A stretch of 61,769 nt of DNA. It comes from a virus. Taxonomy: Duplodnaviria > Caudoviricetes. Within the stretch, counting starts at the first letter, position 1. Every line of letters begins with the position of its first letter. A program made the position numbers and the translations under genes. Shown piece after piece: positions 8,246 to 16,893 of the stretch. The notes beneath the pieces are model-generated. The model did not search any database. It saw only the letters and a list, made by a program, of their open reading frames with translations, and was not told the origin of the DNA. The stretch covers positions 1-61,769 of the IMG/VR virus record IMGVR_UViG_3300006033_000029, one strand, 5' to 3'.

Positions 8246-8699
8246 GGCGCGCGTCCTCGCCCAGCGCGGCACGGATCGCCCGCGAAACTGCTGCCGCGTA
8301 ATCGTCCAGCGTGGTTTCGGCGTCGTGCACGTTGTCCAGTGCGCCCCAGATGAAATCCTGTTCGGTCGCTTCGTTGATCTGATGGCGCATCTTCTCCACC
8401 CGTGCCAGCGCCGCGTCACGCTCGGCTTCGGCGGCCTTGGCCCGCTGATAGTTGGTCTGCGAAACCTCTGCCCACTCCGCGACACCATGGTCGCTCTGCG
8501 CGACGGCCTCCCGCAGGCGCTGCAACTCGGCCAGAGCGTCGGCGCGGGGGATGAGGTCGCCGGACAGGGCGGCGTTGAGGATGGTGGCGATGGCGTCACG
8601 GATTTCGGTCCGGAATAGCGTTGGCAGAAAGTGTGCGCCATTCCAGTTACTGTGCGGCTTCACTTCCGCGATGGCTTCGGCAAGGGTCATGTCAGCCAT
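8238..8699 (-). CDS. Hypothetical coiled-coil protein
   Basis: SD AGGAG; heptad region AKAAEAERDAALARVEKMR. Confidence 0.7.
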   Translation of the reverse strand: MADMTLAEAIAEVKPHSNWNGAHFLPTLFRTEIRDAIATILNAALSGDLIPRADALAELQRLREAVAQSDHGVAEWAEVSQTNYQRAKAAEAERDAALARVEKMRHQINEATEQDFIWGALDNVHDAETTLDDYAAAVSRAIRAALGEDARHA

Positions 8700-8735
8700 T
8701 GTCGATCTCCTCGAGATTCGCGCGCTGTTCCGGTG

Positions 8736-8999
8736 TCATGTCCGCCCCCATTCCCTATCGCTCAACTCGCGCGGCGTGATACCCAGCCGCCGAGCCTCCT
8801 CTTGCAGGCTCACCCCCCGCGCCACGCGGTCCCGGCGCATCTCGCGACCGATCTGGTAGCGCAGGGCTTGTGTCTTGCTGACGGCGCCTGCGCCCTGGCA
8901 AAACAGGCACTCGGCCGCGTCGGCTGCGTTCGGGCTGACCCCGCTCCAGACAATCTCCACGATGCCGGCGCCGCTGCACTCGGGGCAGGTGGTGGTCAT
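8736..8999 (-). CDS. DnaJ-type Zn finger fused to an XRE-like HTH
   Basis: CPECSGAG and CLFCQGAG repeats, then GVSLQEEARRLGITPRELSDREWG. Confidence 0.75.
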   Translation of the reverse strand: MTTTCPECSGAGIVEIVWSGVSPNAADAAECLFCQGAGAVSKTQALRYQIGREMRRDRVARGVSLQEEARRLGITPRELSDREWGRT

Positions 9000-9418
9000 G
9001 TGTTCATCTCCGTCAACTCCTGATCCGTCACGGTCAGCCGATCCCACGAATACGGTGCGTTTTGCTCGACGCGCCCCTTGAGGACGCGGCCATTCTTCCC
9101 GACCGGCACGAGCCGCTTCCAGCCCTCTGGCGTCACCCGGACCACATAGCGGTTCCGCGCGAGAGGCGACGTGTAGCCCTTGGGATGCCAGAGGATGATG
9201 GTCCTCATGGGCGTGATGCCGAGTGCGGCCAGTTCGGCCACGGCAACCGCCTGCCGGGCCTCCTGCACCCGGCGCTTAGCAGCCCATATCGCCGGATTAG
9301 TCCTGTTGGCGGCGGCGCGGTAGGCGGCGAGCTTGCGCTCATACGCGCGAGATAGGGCGGCCTCGGCAACCTTGGCGCGCTTCTTCGCATCGGCGATGCG
9401 GATTTCGGCGCGGGTCAT
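8996..9418 (-). CDS. Hypothetical basic protein
   Basis: Coupled ORF with SD AAGGAG. Confidence 0.65.
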   Translation of the reverse strand: MTRAEIRIADAKKRAKVAEAALSRAYERKLAAYRAAANRTNPAIWAAKRRVQEARQAVAVAELAALGITPMRTIILWHPKGYTSPLARNRYVVRVTPEGWKRLVPVGKNGRVLKGRVEQNAPYSWDRLTVTDQELTEMNT

Positions 9419-9729
9419 TCGGGACGCTCCTTCTCGATCCTGTCGGCTAGGGCGGCACGGGCCACTAGCGCGGCCTCCATTGGCTCGTCTGCGTGTTTCA
9501 CCACGATCAGGTGGGCGTTGGCAACGGTTTCATTTTGGCTGGTGTGAGCATCCCACTTATACGGCCACTGTCCTCCCGGGCGAACAACCGTCTTGTCTGT
9601 GATGCTGACTGCTTCAATCGACAGAGGCCAGCCAGTCCATTGCCCGCCGCTGTCATCAATGAATACCACCCAAGGCCCCGGCGTCGTGCCTTCCAGCAGC
9701 TTCGCCGCCTGTTCTGCGGTGATGGTCAT
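9415..9729 (-). CDS. Ead/Ea22-like hypothetical protein
   Basis: LLEGTTPGPW...ANAHLI pattern. SD GGAGG. Confidence 0.6.
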   Translation of the reverse strand: MTITAEQAAKLLEGTTPGPWVVFIDDSGGQWTGWPLSIEAVSITDKTVVRPGGQWPYKWDAHTSQNETVANAHLIVVKHADEPMEAALVARAALADRIEKERPE

Positions 9730-9730
9730 T

Positions 9731-10429
9731 TCAACGCCTCCGCTTCGGAGCAAACTCCGCGCGCCAGGGCTCGATGAATGGGAGATCCTTCTTCTCGCCC
9801 CGTGCCGGCATGAGAATGCCGAAAGCGTTCGGGACATAGGCGTGGGTGACGATCATCGGAGCGTCTTGCTTGTAAGCCGTGATGTCGAGAACGGGACGGT
9901 CGGTGTCAGAGAGGATCGAGAAGGCCGGGGCGAAGTCCGCGAAGTAGCGCGGGTTGAAGCAAAGATCGACAGGGGCCGACTGCTTGAGGCCGATGGCCCG
10001 CCACGGGATGACGCGCTGCCACTCAGGGAAGGTGCCGTCGACCTCCTGAACCATGATCGTGTCGGAGAGCGTGCCTTCGTCCCAGCGATCAGCGCCGTCG
10101 GGGCTGCACATGCCGCGGATCTCGGCCGGCTGGTTGCCGGGCCTGGTCTTCTCTCCGATGTCGATCGACAGGACGCGCTGGCCGATTTCCTTTTTCGGAA
10201 CCTTCAAGCCCTTGGCCTTCCAGTCCATCGACAGGATGCAGTCGCGCGGCGTGTAGCCGTGTTCGTCGTGGACGACCATCATGCGGTGGCCGTCGGTGGC
10301 GAGCAGGACCACGCCCTTGACCGGGTGCGGCTGGATGGCAACGCCGCAGAGATAGTAGTAGGTTTCCTCGGTCGAGACGGCCACGGACGCGGCCAGAAGG
10401 CAGGCGGTGGAAACGATCAGGCGGGTCAT
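9731..10429 (-). CDS. Truncated DNA polymerase III beta-clamp-like protein (domains II-III)
   Basis: STEETYYYLCGV, LATDGHRM, VDGTFPEWQRVIP, FNPRY and ILMPAR parallel DnaN motifs. Confidence 0.8.
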   Translation of the reverse strand: MTRLIVSTACLLAASVAVSTEETYYYLCGVAIQPHPVKGVVLLATDGHRMMVVHDEHGYTPRDCILSMDWKAKGLKVPKKEIGQRVLSIDIGEKTRPGNQPAEIRGMCSPDGADRWDEGTLSDTIMVQEVDGTFPEWQRVIPWRAIGLKQSAPVDLCFNPRYFADFAPAFSILSDTDRPVLDITAYKQDAPMIVTHAYVPNAFGILMPARGEKKDLPFIEPWRAEFAPKRRR

Positions 10430-10644
10430 TTCACAATCTCCGCGTCGAGGTCGGGGAGGGGGGAGTAGTTGATGCTGAGCTTTTCGATTCTGGTGAGTTG
10501 GTCGTCGTCGAGAAGCTGGCCGATGGCGCAGCGATGGCCGTTGCTTTTCACTCGGTAGGAGCAGCCGCCGGAGGGGTCGATGGCAAGCTGACCTTGCTCG
10601 ACGACGCCGAGAACGGCGCGGTTGAGGGCGTTTTGAAGTTCCAT
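10426..10644 (-). CDS. Hypothetical protein
   Basis: SD AAGGAG; GCSYR...RCAIGQL phage-type motif. Confidence 0.6.
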   Translation of the reverse strand: MELQNALNRAVLGVVEQGQLAIDPSGGCSYRVKSNGHRCAIGQLLDDDQLTRIEKLSINYSPLPDLDAEIVK

Positions 10645-10748
10645 GTCAGGTCTCCTTGGGTCTGGTTAACTTTGGATGTCGGCCCGCTCGATTGATGGGC
10701 CGGACACCAAAATCAACGCTGGTCGCCGCAGTTGGGCCGACCCGAAGG

Positions 10749-11360
10749 TCAGAAGCGGATGCCGACCCGCAGCGAGGTGCTGTCGTGGAAGTCGCCGGTC
10801 GTGTGCTTGATACCCAGCAGGAGACGCTTGCCCAGCTTCAGGTCGGCCCCGGCTCCGTAGATCATGCCGCTGGTGCCGTCAGCATCCCCGACCCCGGCGA
10901 GGCCGTAGACCAGCACGTTGCCGAGGTCCACGCCGCCCTGAGCTTCCAGAGATTTCAGGTCACCGAGGACGCCTGCCTCAATGCCACCGACGATCCTGCC
11001 GAAGTCATGGCGATAGCCGAGAAACGCGCCAACGTGGTCCTTGCTGGTCTCGGTCGTCACCGTCTCGCCCGGCACCTGCACCCGCTCCACCGAGTAGCCC
11101 TCGGGCGGGACATAGGTCGCACAGTCCACGGGATCGTCGCTGAACCGCTTGCCCGCGATGTCATCGAACTTGAAGCACTGCTCGCTGTATTCGGTTCTGC
11201 TGCCCAGGGAATTCATCCTGCCGTAGCTGAGGCCGACGTAAGGGCCGCCCCAATCGCTGCGAGGCTTCATCACCTCGGGATCGGTCAGCCCCTTTTCCAG
11301 AAGGCCATCGGCACTGGCCGAAGTGGCCAACAGCGACAGGCTAAGCATCAGAGTCTTCAT
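10749..11360 (-). CDS. Outer-membrane beta-barrel protein (Omp25/RopB-like) with signal peptide
   Basis: Signal peptide MKTLMLSLSLLATSASA, DWGGPYVGLSYG, alternating beta-strands, C-terminal Phe (LRVGIRF). Confidence 0.85.
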   Translation of the reverse strand: MKTLMLSLSLLATSASADGLLEKGLTDPEVMKPRSDWGGPYVGLSYGRMNSLGSRTEYSEQCFKFDDIAGKRFSDDPVDCATYVPPEGYSVERVQVPGETVTTETSKDHVGAFLGYRHDFGRIVGGIEAGVLGDLKSLEAQGGVDLGNVLVYGLAGVGDADGTSGMIYGAGADLKLGKRLLLGIKHTTGDFHDSTSLRVGIRF

Positions 11361-11399
11361 CGCTTGGTTCTCCTTCATCAGCGATTCGATACTAAGAAA

Positions 11400-11470
11400 G
11401 TATCCCTAGAGGTGATCATTAGCAAGCACTATTATCACTTGCGCCGGAATAGTCTCACTAATAAGGTGAT
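11400..11470. promoter_or_regulatory. Divergent promoter region with operator-like sites
   Basis: TTGCGC(11439)-N17-TAAGGT(11462). CTCAC-N7-GTGAT at 11454-11470 and GTATC-N7-GTGAT at 11400-11416. Confidence 0.7.
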
Positions 11471-11492
11471 CAACACATACGCGGAGAATCAA

Positions 11493-11693
11493 ATGACATT
11501 GACCACCACCTTCGAGGCGATCCGGCTCACCAGCCGCGACACACCAGAAGCGATCTACATCAGACACCCGAGTCGGCCGCTGAAGTGTCTTTTCCTGCCC
11601 AGGGCAGCGATCGTTCACATGAGCAAACTGACAAAGGGCTACTGGTCGATCGAGATTCCCGAAACCCTCGCAATCGAGAAGGACATCCTCTGA
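11493..11693 (+). CDS. Hypothetical protein
   Basis: SD GGAG; MTLTTTFEAIRL...EIPETLAIEKDIL; TGATG-coupled to the next gene. Confidence 0.7.
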   Translation: MTLTTTFEAIRLTSRDTPEAIYIRHPSRPLKCLFLPRAAIVHMSKLTKGYWSIEIPETLAIEKDIL

Positions 11694-12016
11694 TGGCACG
11701 CGACGAATATGACGACGACCTGGCCGGCGCCAGCACCACCGATGGGCGCGGCCGCAACAGCCGCGATGACAGCCACGGCCCTTATGCCGTGGCGTCCGAC
11801 GAACTGCGCCAGTTTATCGAGCGCATCGAGCAACTGCGCGAAGAGCAGGCCGACATCAAGGAGCAGGAGAAGGAAGTCTTCGCCGAAGCCAAGGGTCGCG
11901 GCTACGACACGAAGACCATGCGCGAGGTGCTGAAGATCAGGAAGCAGAATCCTGGTGAGCGCGCCGAACAGCAGGCGATCCTTGAGACCTATCTCGCCGC
12001 ACTCGGTATCGACTGA
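11693..12016 (+). CDS. gapR: GapR/DUF2312 (UPF0335) nucleoid-associated protein
   Basis: VASDELRQFIERIEQLREEQADIKEQEKEVFAEAKGRGYDTKTMREVLKIRK...ILETYLAALG. Confidence 0.92.
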   Translation: MARDEYDDDLAGASTTDGRGRNSRDDSHGPYAVASDELRQFIERIEQLREEQADIKEQEKEVFAEAKGRGYDTKTMREVLKIRKQNPGERAEQQAILETYLAALGID

Positions 12017-12261
12017 TGGCCGACCTTGAAGCTGATCTGCGCGCTGCCGCGAGGAACGGCTTCCTTGATCTCAGCCTGCATCGTCGGCCGACCGGCGAAT
12101 GGGAAGCTGCGTATCGCACGACCGACACTCTCGAAGTCTACCGCCACGAGGCGAAGGACATCGTTGAGGCGATCGGCAAGGCGGTGCGCAGCGGCACTCG
12201 AGTCGTAAAGGCCGTCTCACCGCAGCCGAAGCGGCGGCGTGACACGGAGGATCTCGCGTGA
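12016..12261 (+). CDS. Hypothetical protein ending PKRRRDTEDLA
   Basis: Coupled ORF in the operon. Confidence 0.75.
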   Translation: MADLEADLRAAARNGFLDLSLHRRPTGEWEAAYRTTDTLEVYRHEAKDIVEAIGKAVRSGTRVVKAVSPQPKRRRDTEDLA

Positions 12262-12485
12262 TCGACATCTCTTTCGCCTTTGGTGACAAATACCAAGGTG
12301 TCTCCTTCTGGAAAGCCTCGGACGGTCGCGTTCAGTGTAACATCAAGAATAACGGCGGCTTCACCATCGACTACGGCGACACTCCCGAAGAAGCCTGGGA
12401 GAACGCACGGGCTCAGGCCGAGGGACGCAAGGCGCGACCGAGCAGCCCGAAGAAACGCCGCCGCGACACAGAGGATCTGGCATGA
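12258..12485 (+). CDS. Hypothetical protein ending PKKRRRDTEDLA
   Basis: Coupled ORF; GGAGG SD before GTG. Confidence 0.75.
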   Translation: MIDISFAFGDKYQGVSFWKASDGRVQCNIKNNGGFTIDYGDTPEEAWENARAQAEGRKARPSSPKKRRRDTEDLA

Positions 12486-13027
12486 ACCGCCAAGGCACAT
12501 GGATGCAGACCGTCAGCGGGAAGGCTTTCTGGCCGATCGACCCGCGCCCCGAGGAACTGGACATCGGCGACATCGCTCATGCCCTCAGCATGATGTGCCG
12601 CTACGGCGGGCACTGCAGCCGTTTCTACAGTGTCGCCGAGCACAGCGTGCTGATGGCATCCTATGCTCTCGCCAACCACGGCGAAGAGGTAGCGAAGATC
12701 GCTCTGATGCACGATGCGACCGAAGCGTATCTGACAGACGTGATCCGGCCGATCAAGGCGCACCTCTCCAATTACAAGGAGATCGAGGGGCGTCTCTGGC
12801 TTTGCGTCGCCGAGCGTTTCGGTCTGCCGAGGGTAATCCCCGATGAAGTACAGCACCTCGACAACGCGATCCTCCGTGACGAGATGAGCGCGCTGCACAT
12901 GCCGCCGCCGATGGATTGGAACATCCCGTCCGAGGGTCTCGGCGTGCATATCGCTGGCTGGGAGCCGTCACTCGCCAGGTGGGCCTTCCTCGGCATGTAC
13001 TATCGGCTATGGGGTGAGACATGCTGA
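12482..13027 (+). CDS. HD-domain phosphohydrolase (5'-deoxynucleotidase, YfbR/YfdR-like)
   Basis: DIAHALS..CRYGGH, YSVAEHS, LMHDATEAYLTDV. Confidence 0.9.
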   Translation: MNRQGTWMQTVSGKAFWPIDPRPEELDIGDIAHALSMMCRYGGHCSRFYSVAEHSVLMASYALANHGEEVAKIALMHDATEAYLTDVIRPIKAHLSNYKEIEGRLWLCVAERFGLPRVIPDEVQHLDNAILRDEMSALHMPPPMDWNIPSEGLGVHIAGWEPSLARWAFLGMYYRLWGETC

Positions 13028-14316
13028 TCACTCGTCCCTGGGCGCTTTACAACGAGATTGACGAATATGCAGCAGACTGGCTCGAAAACCTCATTCGACT
13101 TGGTGTCATCGCTCCGGGTGTTGTCGATCGCCGAAGCATCGAAGATCTTCGAGGAGATGACCTCCGAGGATTTCGACAGTGCCATTTCTTCGCTGGCATC
13201 GGAGTTTGGAGTTACGCCCTCCGTTGCGCGGGCATCCCGGATGACGCTCCTCTTTGGACGGGAAGCTGCCCCTGCCAACCTTTCAGCGCGGCAGGCAAAG
13301 GAACAGGGATGGATGATGAGCGGCACCTATGGCCTACCTGGTTCCACCTCATCCAGCAGGAACGCCCGCCACGCATCTATGGAGAGCAGGTTGCGAGCAA
13401 GGACGGCCTCGGTTGGCTCGACCTTGTACTCGCTGACATGGAAGCAGAGGACTACTCCATCTGGGCGGTCGATACCTGCTCTGCGGGCAGTGGGGCGCCG
13501 CATATCCGACAGCGGCTCAGGTTCTTCGCCTACGATCTACGATCTTCCACAGGTCGGCTGGAACACACCGGCGATGACCGATCACAAGGGCGGCTACTTG
13601 GGCGGCAGGATGCGCAACGGGGAACTCTCGACGGATCGTCTGGACGTGACAGCGCAGTTGACCGGATGGCCAGCAGTGACGACCATGACGGGCGGTCAGA
13701 CCTCTCGCAGCGGCGACCGGAAGAACGAACCGCTGATGGGCGGGGCAGCGCAGCTTTGCGGATTGCCGACCTGCACGGCGACGGATGCAATCAAGGGCGG
13801 CAACGTCTCACCTCGGCCGGGGATGATGGGTTTGTCGGAAACGGTGCCCTTGGCAGGCTGGCCGACGCCAGCGGTAGCGGACGACAACAACTCCCGATAC
13901 TCGCCAGAAGCGATGGAGCGGGAAGCCGCGCGGGAGAAGAAGGGGTCGAGCCTCGGGACCGCAACCTACATTCAGATGACCCACGACGGCCCGGCCCGAC
14001 TAACGGCTTCTGGCGAGATGCTGATTGGCTCTTCTGCCGGGATGGAAAGTGGAGGCCAGTTGAATCCGGCACATTCCCGCTGGTTGATGGGTCTGCCTTC
14101 CGTATGGGATCAGGCGGCGCCTTTGAAGGCAAGTCGCGGCAAGGGATGCTCAGATGCTACGGAAACGCGGTCGACCTCCAAGCAACGATCGACTTCATCG
14201 AAGCCACTCTCGAACCGGACGTCATTGACGCTTTACGAAGTGGCTCTGATGAGCCTTGCCAATCACCTTTAGAGTTATATACTCGCAGCAGACGTGACAT
14301 CGAGGATCTGGCATGA
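13021..14316 (+). CDS. C5-cytosine DNA methyltransferase, alpha polypeptide (motifs I, IV, VI, VIII, X)
   Basis: [36 protein letters not shown] and C-terminal YGNAV. The middle region is low-information and lacks motif IX. Confidence 0.88.
   Translation: MLITRPWALYNEIDEYAADWLENLIRLGVIAPGVVDRRSIEDLRGDDLRGFRQCHFFAGIGVWSYALRCAGIPDDAPLWTGSCPCQPFSAAGKGTGMDDERHLWPTWFHLIQQERPPRIYGEQVASKDGLGWLDLVLADMEAEDYSIWAVDTCSAGSGAPHIRQRLRFFAYDLRSSTGRLEHTGDDRSQGRLLGRQDAQRGTLDGSSGRDSAVDRMASSDDHDGRSDLSQRRPEERTADGRGSAALRIADLHGDGCNQGRQRLTSAGDDGFVGNGALGRLADASGSGRQQLPILARSDGAGSRAGEEGVEPRDRNLHSDDPRRPGPTNGFWRDADWLFCRDGKWRPVESGTFPLVDGSAFRMGSGGAFEGKSRQGMLRCYGNAVDLQATIDFIEATLEPDVIDALRSGSDEPCQSPLELYTRSRRDIEDLA
13058..14272 (+). 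CDS. C5 methyltransferase beta polypeptide in the +1 frame (TRD-like repeats plus motif IX); true start uncertain, possibly ATG 13313/13316
   Basis: 404 open codons nested in the alpha gene. Modules GWNTP, GWPAV, GLPTC and GWPTP, then [18 protein letters not shown]. Confidence 0.78.
   Translation: MTNMQQTGSKTSFDLVSSLRVLSIAEASKIFEEMTSEDFDSAISSLASEFGVTPSVARASRMTLLFGREAAPANLSARQAKEQGWMMSGTYGLPGSTSSSRNARHASMESRLRARTASVGSTLYSLTWKQRTTPSGRSIPALRAVGRRISDSGSGSSPTIYDLPQVGWNTPAMTDHKGGYLGGRMRNGELSTDRLDVTAQLTGWPAVTTMTGGQTSRSGDRKNEPLMGGAAQLCGLPTCTATDAIKGGNVSPRPGMMGLSETVPLAGWPTPAVADDNNSRYSPEAMEREAAREKKGSSLGTATYIQMTHDGPARLTASGEMLIGSSAGMESGGQLNPAHSRWLMGLPSVWDQAAPLKASRGKGCSDATETRSTSKQRSTSSKPLSNRTSLTLYEVALMSLANHL
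14256..14283 (+). promoter_or_regulatory. Probable internal promoter/operator in the MTase 3' end
   Basis: TTGCCA...TATACT enclosing ATCAC-CTTTAGA-GTTAT. The 15 bp AATCACCTTTAGAGT is identical to 60465-60479. Confidence 0.55.
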
Positions 14317-14504
14317 GCGAATCGCGTGACCACATTTGCCCCCGCTGCGGCAGTTACCTGCCGATCGTCACGGTGCGCGTCCCGGTGTACGAGGATCGAA
14401 CTGTCTGGGACGAGATCGACAGCATCGGAAGATCCCCGGTCTTGACCGGCTACGAGGAGCGCGAGGATGTCACCGAGTGCGTCCGCTGCACGGGGTCGTA
14501 CTGA
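14313..14504 (+). CDS. Small Zn-ribbon protein
   Basis: CPRC...CVRC. Confidence 0.7.
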   Translation: MSESRDHICPRCGSYLPIVTVRVPVYEDRTVWDEIDSIGRSPVLTGYEEREDVTECVRCTGSY

Positions 14505-14746
14505 TGAAGCATGAGTTCTCACTTTCAAGCAAGCTTGCCGCCCTTGATGTCGGACACGTCATCTATCTGGACGACGACGATCCCGTTGCGGAAGGTCGCA
14601 CTTCCGCGACCCAGATGGAGAGGCAGGTTACCAACATCGTCGCGAAGAGTGAAAAGCTGAAAGGGCGGAAGTTCAGCACTGCAAGATGCGGTCTCATCAT
14701 CGCTCGATCCATGCGACCCGTCCTTCGCATCGAGAGAATCGAGTGA
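14504..14746 (+). CDS. Hypothetical protein
   Basis: TGATG coupling; MKHEFSLSSKLAALDVG... Confidence 0.65.
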   Translation: MKHEFSLSSKLAALDVGHVIYLDDDDPVAEGRTSATQMERQVTNIVAKSEKLKGRKFSTARCGLIIARSMRPVLRIERIE

Positions 14747-14964
14747 TGCAGGACACCAACAGATACCCGGCGATCTGCTACCGATGCGGCCAGCGCTGCG
14801 CGGCTGGTGAAGGCGTCGTCTCATATCCGACCTGGGAGCACCTGAAGGCGTGGCCGCATCATCCACACCGCAAGGTTCTCGTCGAGCACAAGGAGTGCGC
14901 CGAGAAGTTCGCCGGGACATTCGTCCACTACATTGACCAACCGGAAAGGAAGACAGATGCGTAA
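14746..14964 (+). CDS. Small Zn-binding protein
   Basis: NRYPAICYRCG...EHKEC. Confidence 0.65.
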   Translation: MQDTNRYPAICYRCGQRCAAGEGVVSYPTWEHLKAWPHHPHRKVLVEHKECAEKFAGTFVHYIDQPERKTDA

Positions 14965-15133
14965 CCTGCCTCGTCACATCGTTGCCGCGCTGAACAAGTT
15001 CGACGAGGCCGCGCAGCAGTTGGCATTCAAGGGCGCCGCGATGCCCGAGGAACGCCACGCTATCGTCCACCAGCATCAGCAAGCCCGCGAGAAGCTGGAA
15101 ATCGTCATCCAGAAAGCATTGGAGAAGCGCTGA
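14957..15133 (+). CDS. Hypothetical protein
   Basis: SD AAGGA; helical 58 aa. Confidence 0.6.
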   Translation: MRNLPRHIVAALNKFDEAAQQLAFKGAAMPEERHAIVHQHQQAREKLEIVIQKALEKR

Positions 15134-15258
15134 TGGTCATCTGTTTCAAGGGGCACATGCTCTGCTTCGCCCAAGACGCCCGGTCGGCAACCCAAGACCT
15201 CGCCTTGGCTCTGCTCAGCGCCATCCAGCAATCCTATCCCGAGAGGCTCGCCAAATGA
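15133..15258 (+). CDS. Hypothetical 41-aa protein
   Basis: Fills the gap exactly, with TGATG and ATGA overlaps. Confidence 0.5.
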   Translation: MVICFKGHMLCFAQDARSATQDLALALLSAIQQSYPERLAK

Positions 15259-16145
15259 CCATCGCCGCCAAAGTGATCGCCCACAGTCGAGCGGACGCGG
15301 GTACGCCCGATCTGATCACGCTGCAACTGCGATACCCGCGTTTCATCCATGCTGAGTTCATGACCCACCGGGTCTTCTCGCGCAACGCCAGCAGCAGCCG
15401 GGCCATCCCGGTCGAGCGGATGATCCGGGACGTGATCGATGATCCGGCGATGCCGGTGCGCTGGGGCGCCAACCAGCCGGGGATGCAGGACGCGGGGGAT
15501 CACGATGCCTTGGTTCTCTGCGGCGCTTCTGTCGCCGAGGTGGATCACTATGGACCATACGTCTCGCCCGATCAGGCGTGGTGCTACGCTCGGGACAAGG
15601 CCGTCGAGATGGCGCGGAACTTCGCCATGGCAGGCTACCACAAGCAGGTCGTGAACCGGCTGCTGGAACCCTTCGGTCACATCAGCGTCGTAGTCACCGC
15701 GACCGAGTGGGATAACTTCTTTGCGCTGCGCTGCCACCCGGATGCCGATCCTACGATGCGGGCGCTGGCTGAGGCGATGCGGGATGCGATTGCCGCTTCG
15801 AAGCCGGAAATCGTTGATGGTGGGTGGAGTTGGCACCTTCCCTATATCACCGAAGAAGATTTGCGATCGGACGTTGTGCAGAGCAAGTTGCAGCCCGAAG
15901 CAAACCGACTGCTGGCCATGATCAGCGCCGCCCGCTGTGCCAGGGTGTCCTACCTGAACCACGACGGCAGCAGCCCTGACATCGACAAGGACCTCGCACT
16001 AGCCAAGAGGCTACTGGAGTCGAAGCATATGTCTCCGTTCGAGCATCAGGCCGAAGCGTGCGCCAACGGCGTCAAGAAGACCTACCTGACCAGCAACCTG
16101 CGCGGCTGGTATCAGTTCCGCAAGATTATCGAGGTCGCAGCATGA
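15255..16145 (+). CDS. thyX: Flavin-dependent thymidylate synthase
   Basis: AEFMTHRVFSRNASSSRAIP, HKQVVNRLLEPF, SAARCARVSY, HMSPFEHQA. Confidence 0.92.
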   Translation: MTIAAKVIAHSRADAGTPDLITLQLRYPRFIHAEFMTHRVFSRNASSSRAIPVERMIRDVIDDPAMPVRWGANQPGMQDAGDHDALVLCGASVAEVDHYGPYVSPDQAWCYARDKAVEMARNFAMAGYHKQVVNRLLEPFGHISVVVTATEWDNFFALRCHPDADPTMRALAEAMRDAIAASKPEIVDGGWSWHLPYITEEDLRSDVVQSKLQPEANRLLAMISAARCARVSYLNHDGSSPDIDKDLALAKRLLESKHMSPFEHQAEACANGVKKTYLTSNLRGWYQFRKIIEVAA

Positions 16146-16179
16146 CCGCCCGAGACGACGCCTTCAAGGAAGGGAAAGC

Positions 16180-16614
16180 ATGATGACCGTCTCTTGGTCG
16201 GAACACTACATGGGCTTCGCCAAGCACGCAGCCACCAAGTCGAAGGACGTCACGAAGGTCGGTGCTGTCCTGGTCGGTTCCGAGGGTGAGGTGCGGCTCA
16301 CTGGCTACAACGGACCACCGAGGGGTGTACTCGATCTCCCTGAACGCCGTGAGCGGCCGATGAAGTACCTCTACGTCTCGCACGCAGAGAGCAACCTCAT
16401 CGCGTTCGCGGCGCGTGAGGGAATCGCTACCAAGGGCTGCACGGTCTATGTAACGCACACGCCCTGCGCCGGATGTATGAAGGCTCTGATCCAAGCTGGT
16501 GTCTCACGCATCGTCTGTGGTGACGGTACGACGTCGATGCCCGCCGAAGAGTTCGAGGTGGCGCGCCTCATGGCCAAGGAAGCAGGTGTGAAGTACGAGA
16601 TCGTGCAAGCATGA
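16180..16614 (+). CDS. dCMP deaminase
   Basis: KVGAVLV, TGYNG, HAESN, PCAGC. Confidence 0.93.
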   Translation: MMTVSWSEHYMGFAKHAATKSKDVTKVGAVLVGSEGEVRLTGYNGPPRGVLDLPERRERPMKYLYVSHAESNLIAFAAREGIATKGCTVYVTHTPCAGCMKALIQAGVSRIVCGDGTTSMPAEEFEVARLMAKEAGVKYEIVQA

Positions 16615-16877
16615 CAATCCTCATCTACGAGTGCCCCGAGGCGCCACCGAAGCGCCGGTTCATCGCTCAGCATGAGCGAATGGAAAACAGCCTCTACCTG
16701 ACCTGTCACGGCTCAACGGCAGAGATCGCCCGAGCCAAGGCGCAACTGATGCTGGACTATGCCTCGCTCGATCCGAAGGAGCGCACCGGATTCAAGTTGA
16801 AGGAGCGTCTCGAAGCCCTGAACGGAGGCAACCTTCCTTCCCGTAAACCCCGCCGCGACGTCGACGACCTCGCCTGA
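16611..16877 (+). CDS. Hypothetical protein ending RKPRRDVDDLA
   Basis: ATGA-coupled ORF. Confidence 0.7.
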   Translation: MTILIYECPEAPPKRRFIAQHERMENSLYLTCHGSTAEIARAKAQLMLDYASLDPKERTGFKLKERLEALNGGNLPSRKPRRDVDDLA

Positions 16878-16893
16878 TACCCGGAGACCCGAA

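Noticed and set aside
12482-13027. 2-aminoadenine (Z-genome) or 7-deazaguanine modification system suggested by the HD hydrolase plus MazG-like enzyme
   Set aside because: No PurZ/adenylosuccinate synthetase, Que enzymes or DpdA homologue recognised anywhere in the window.
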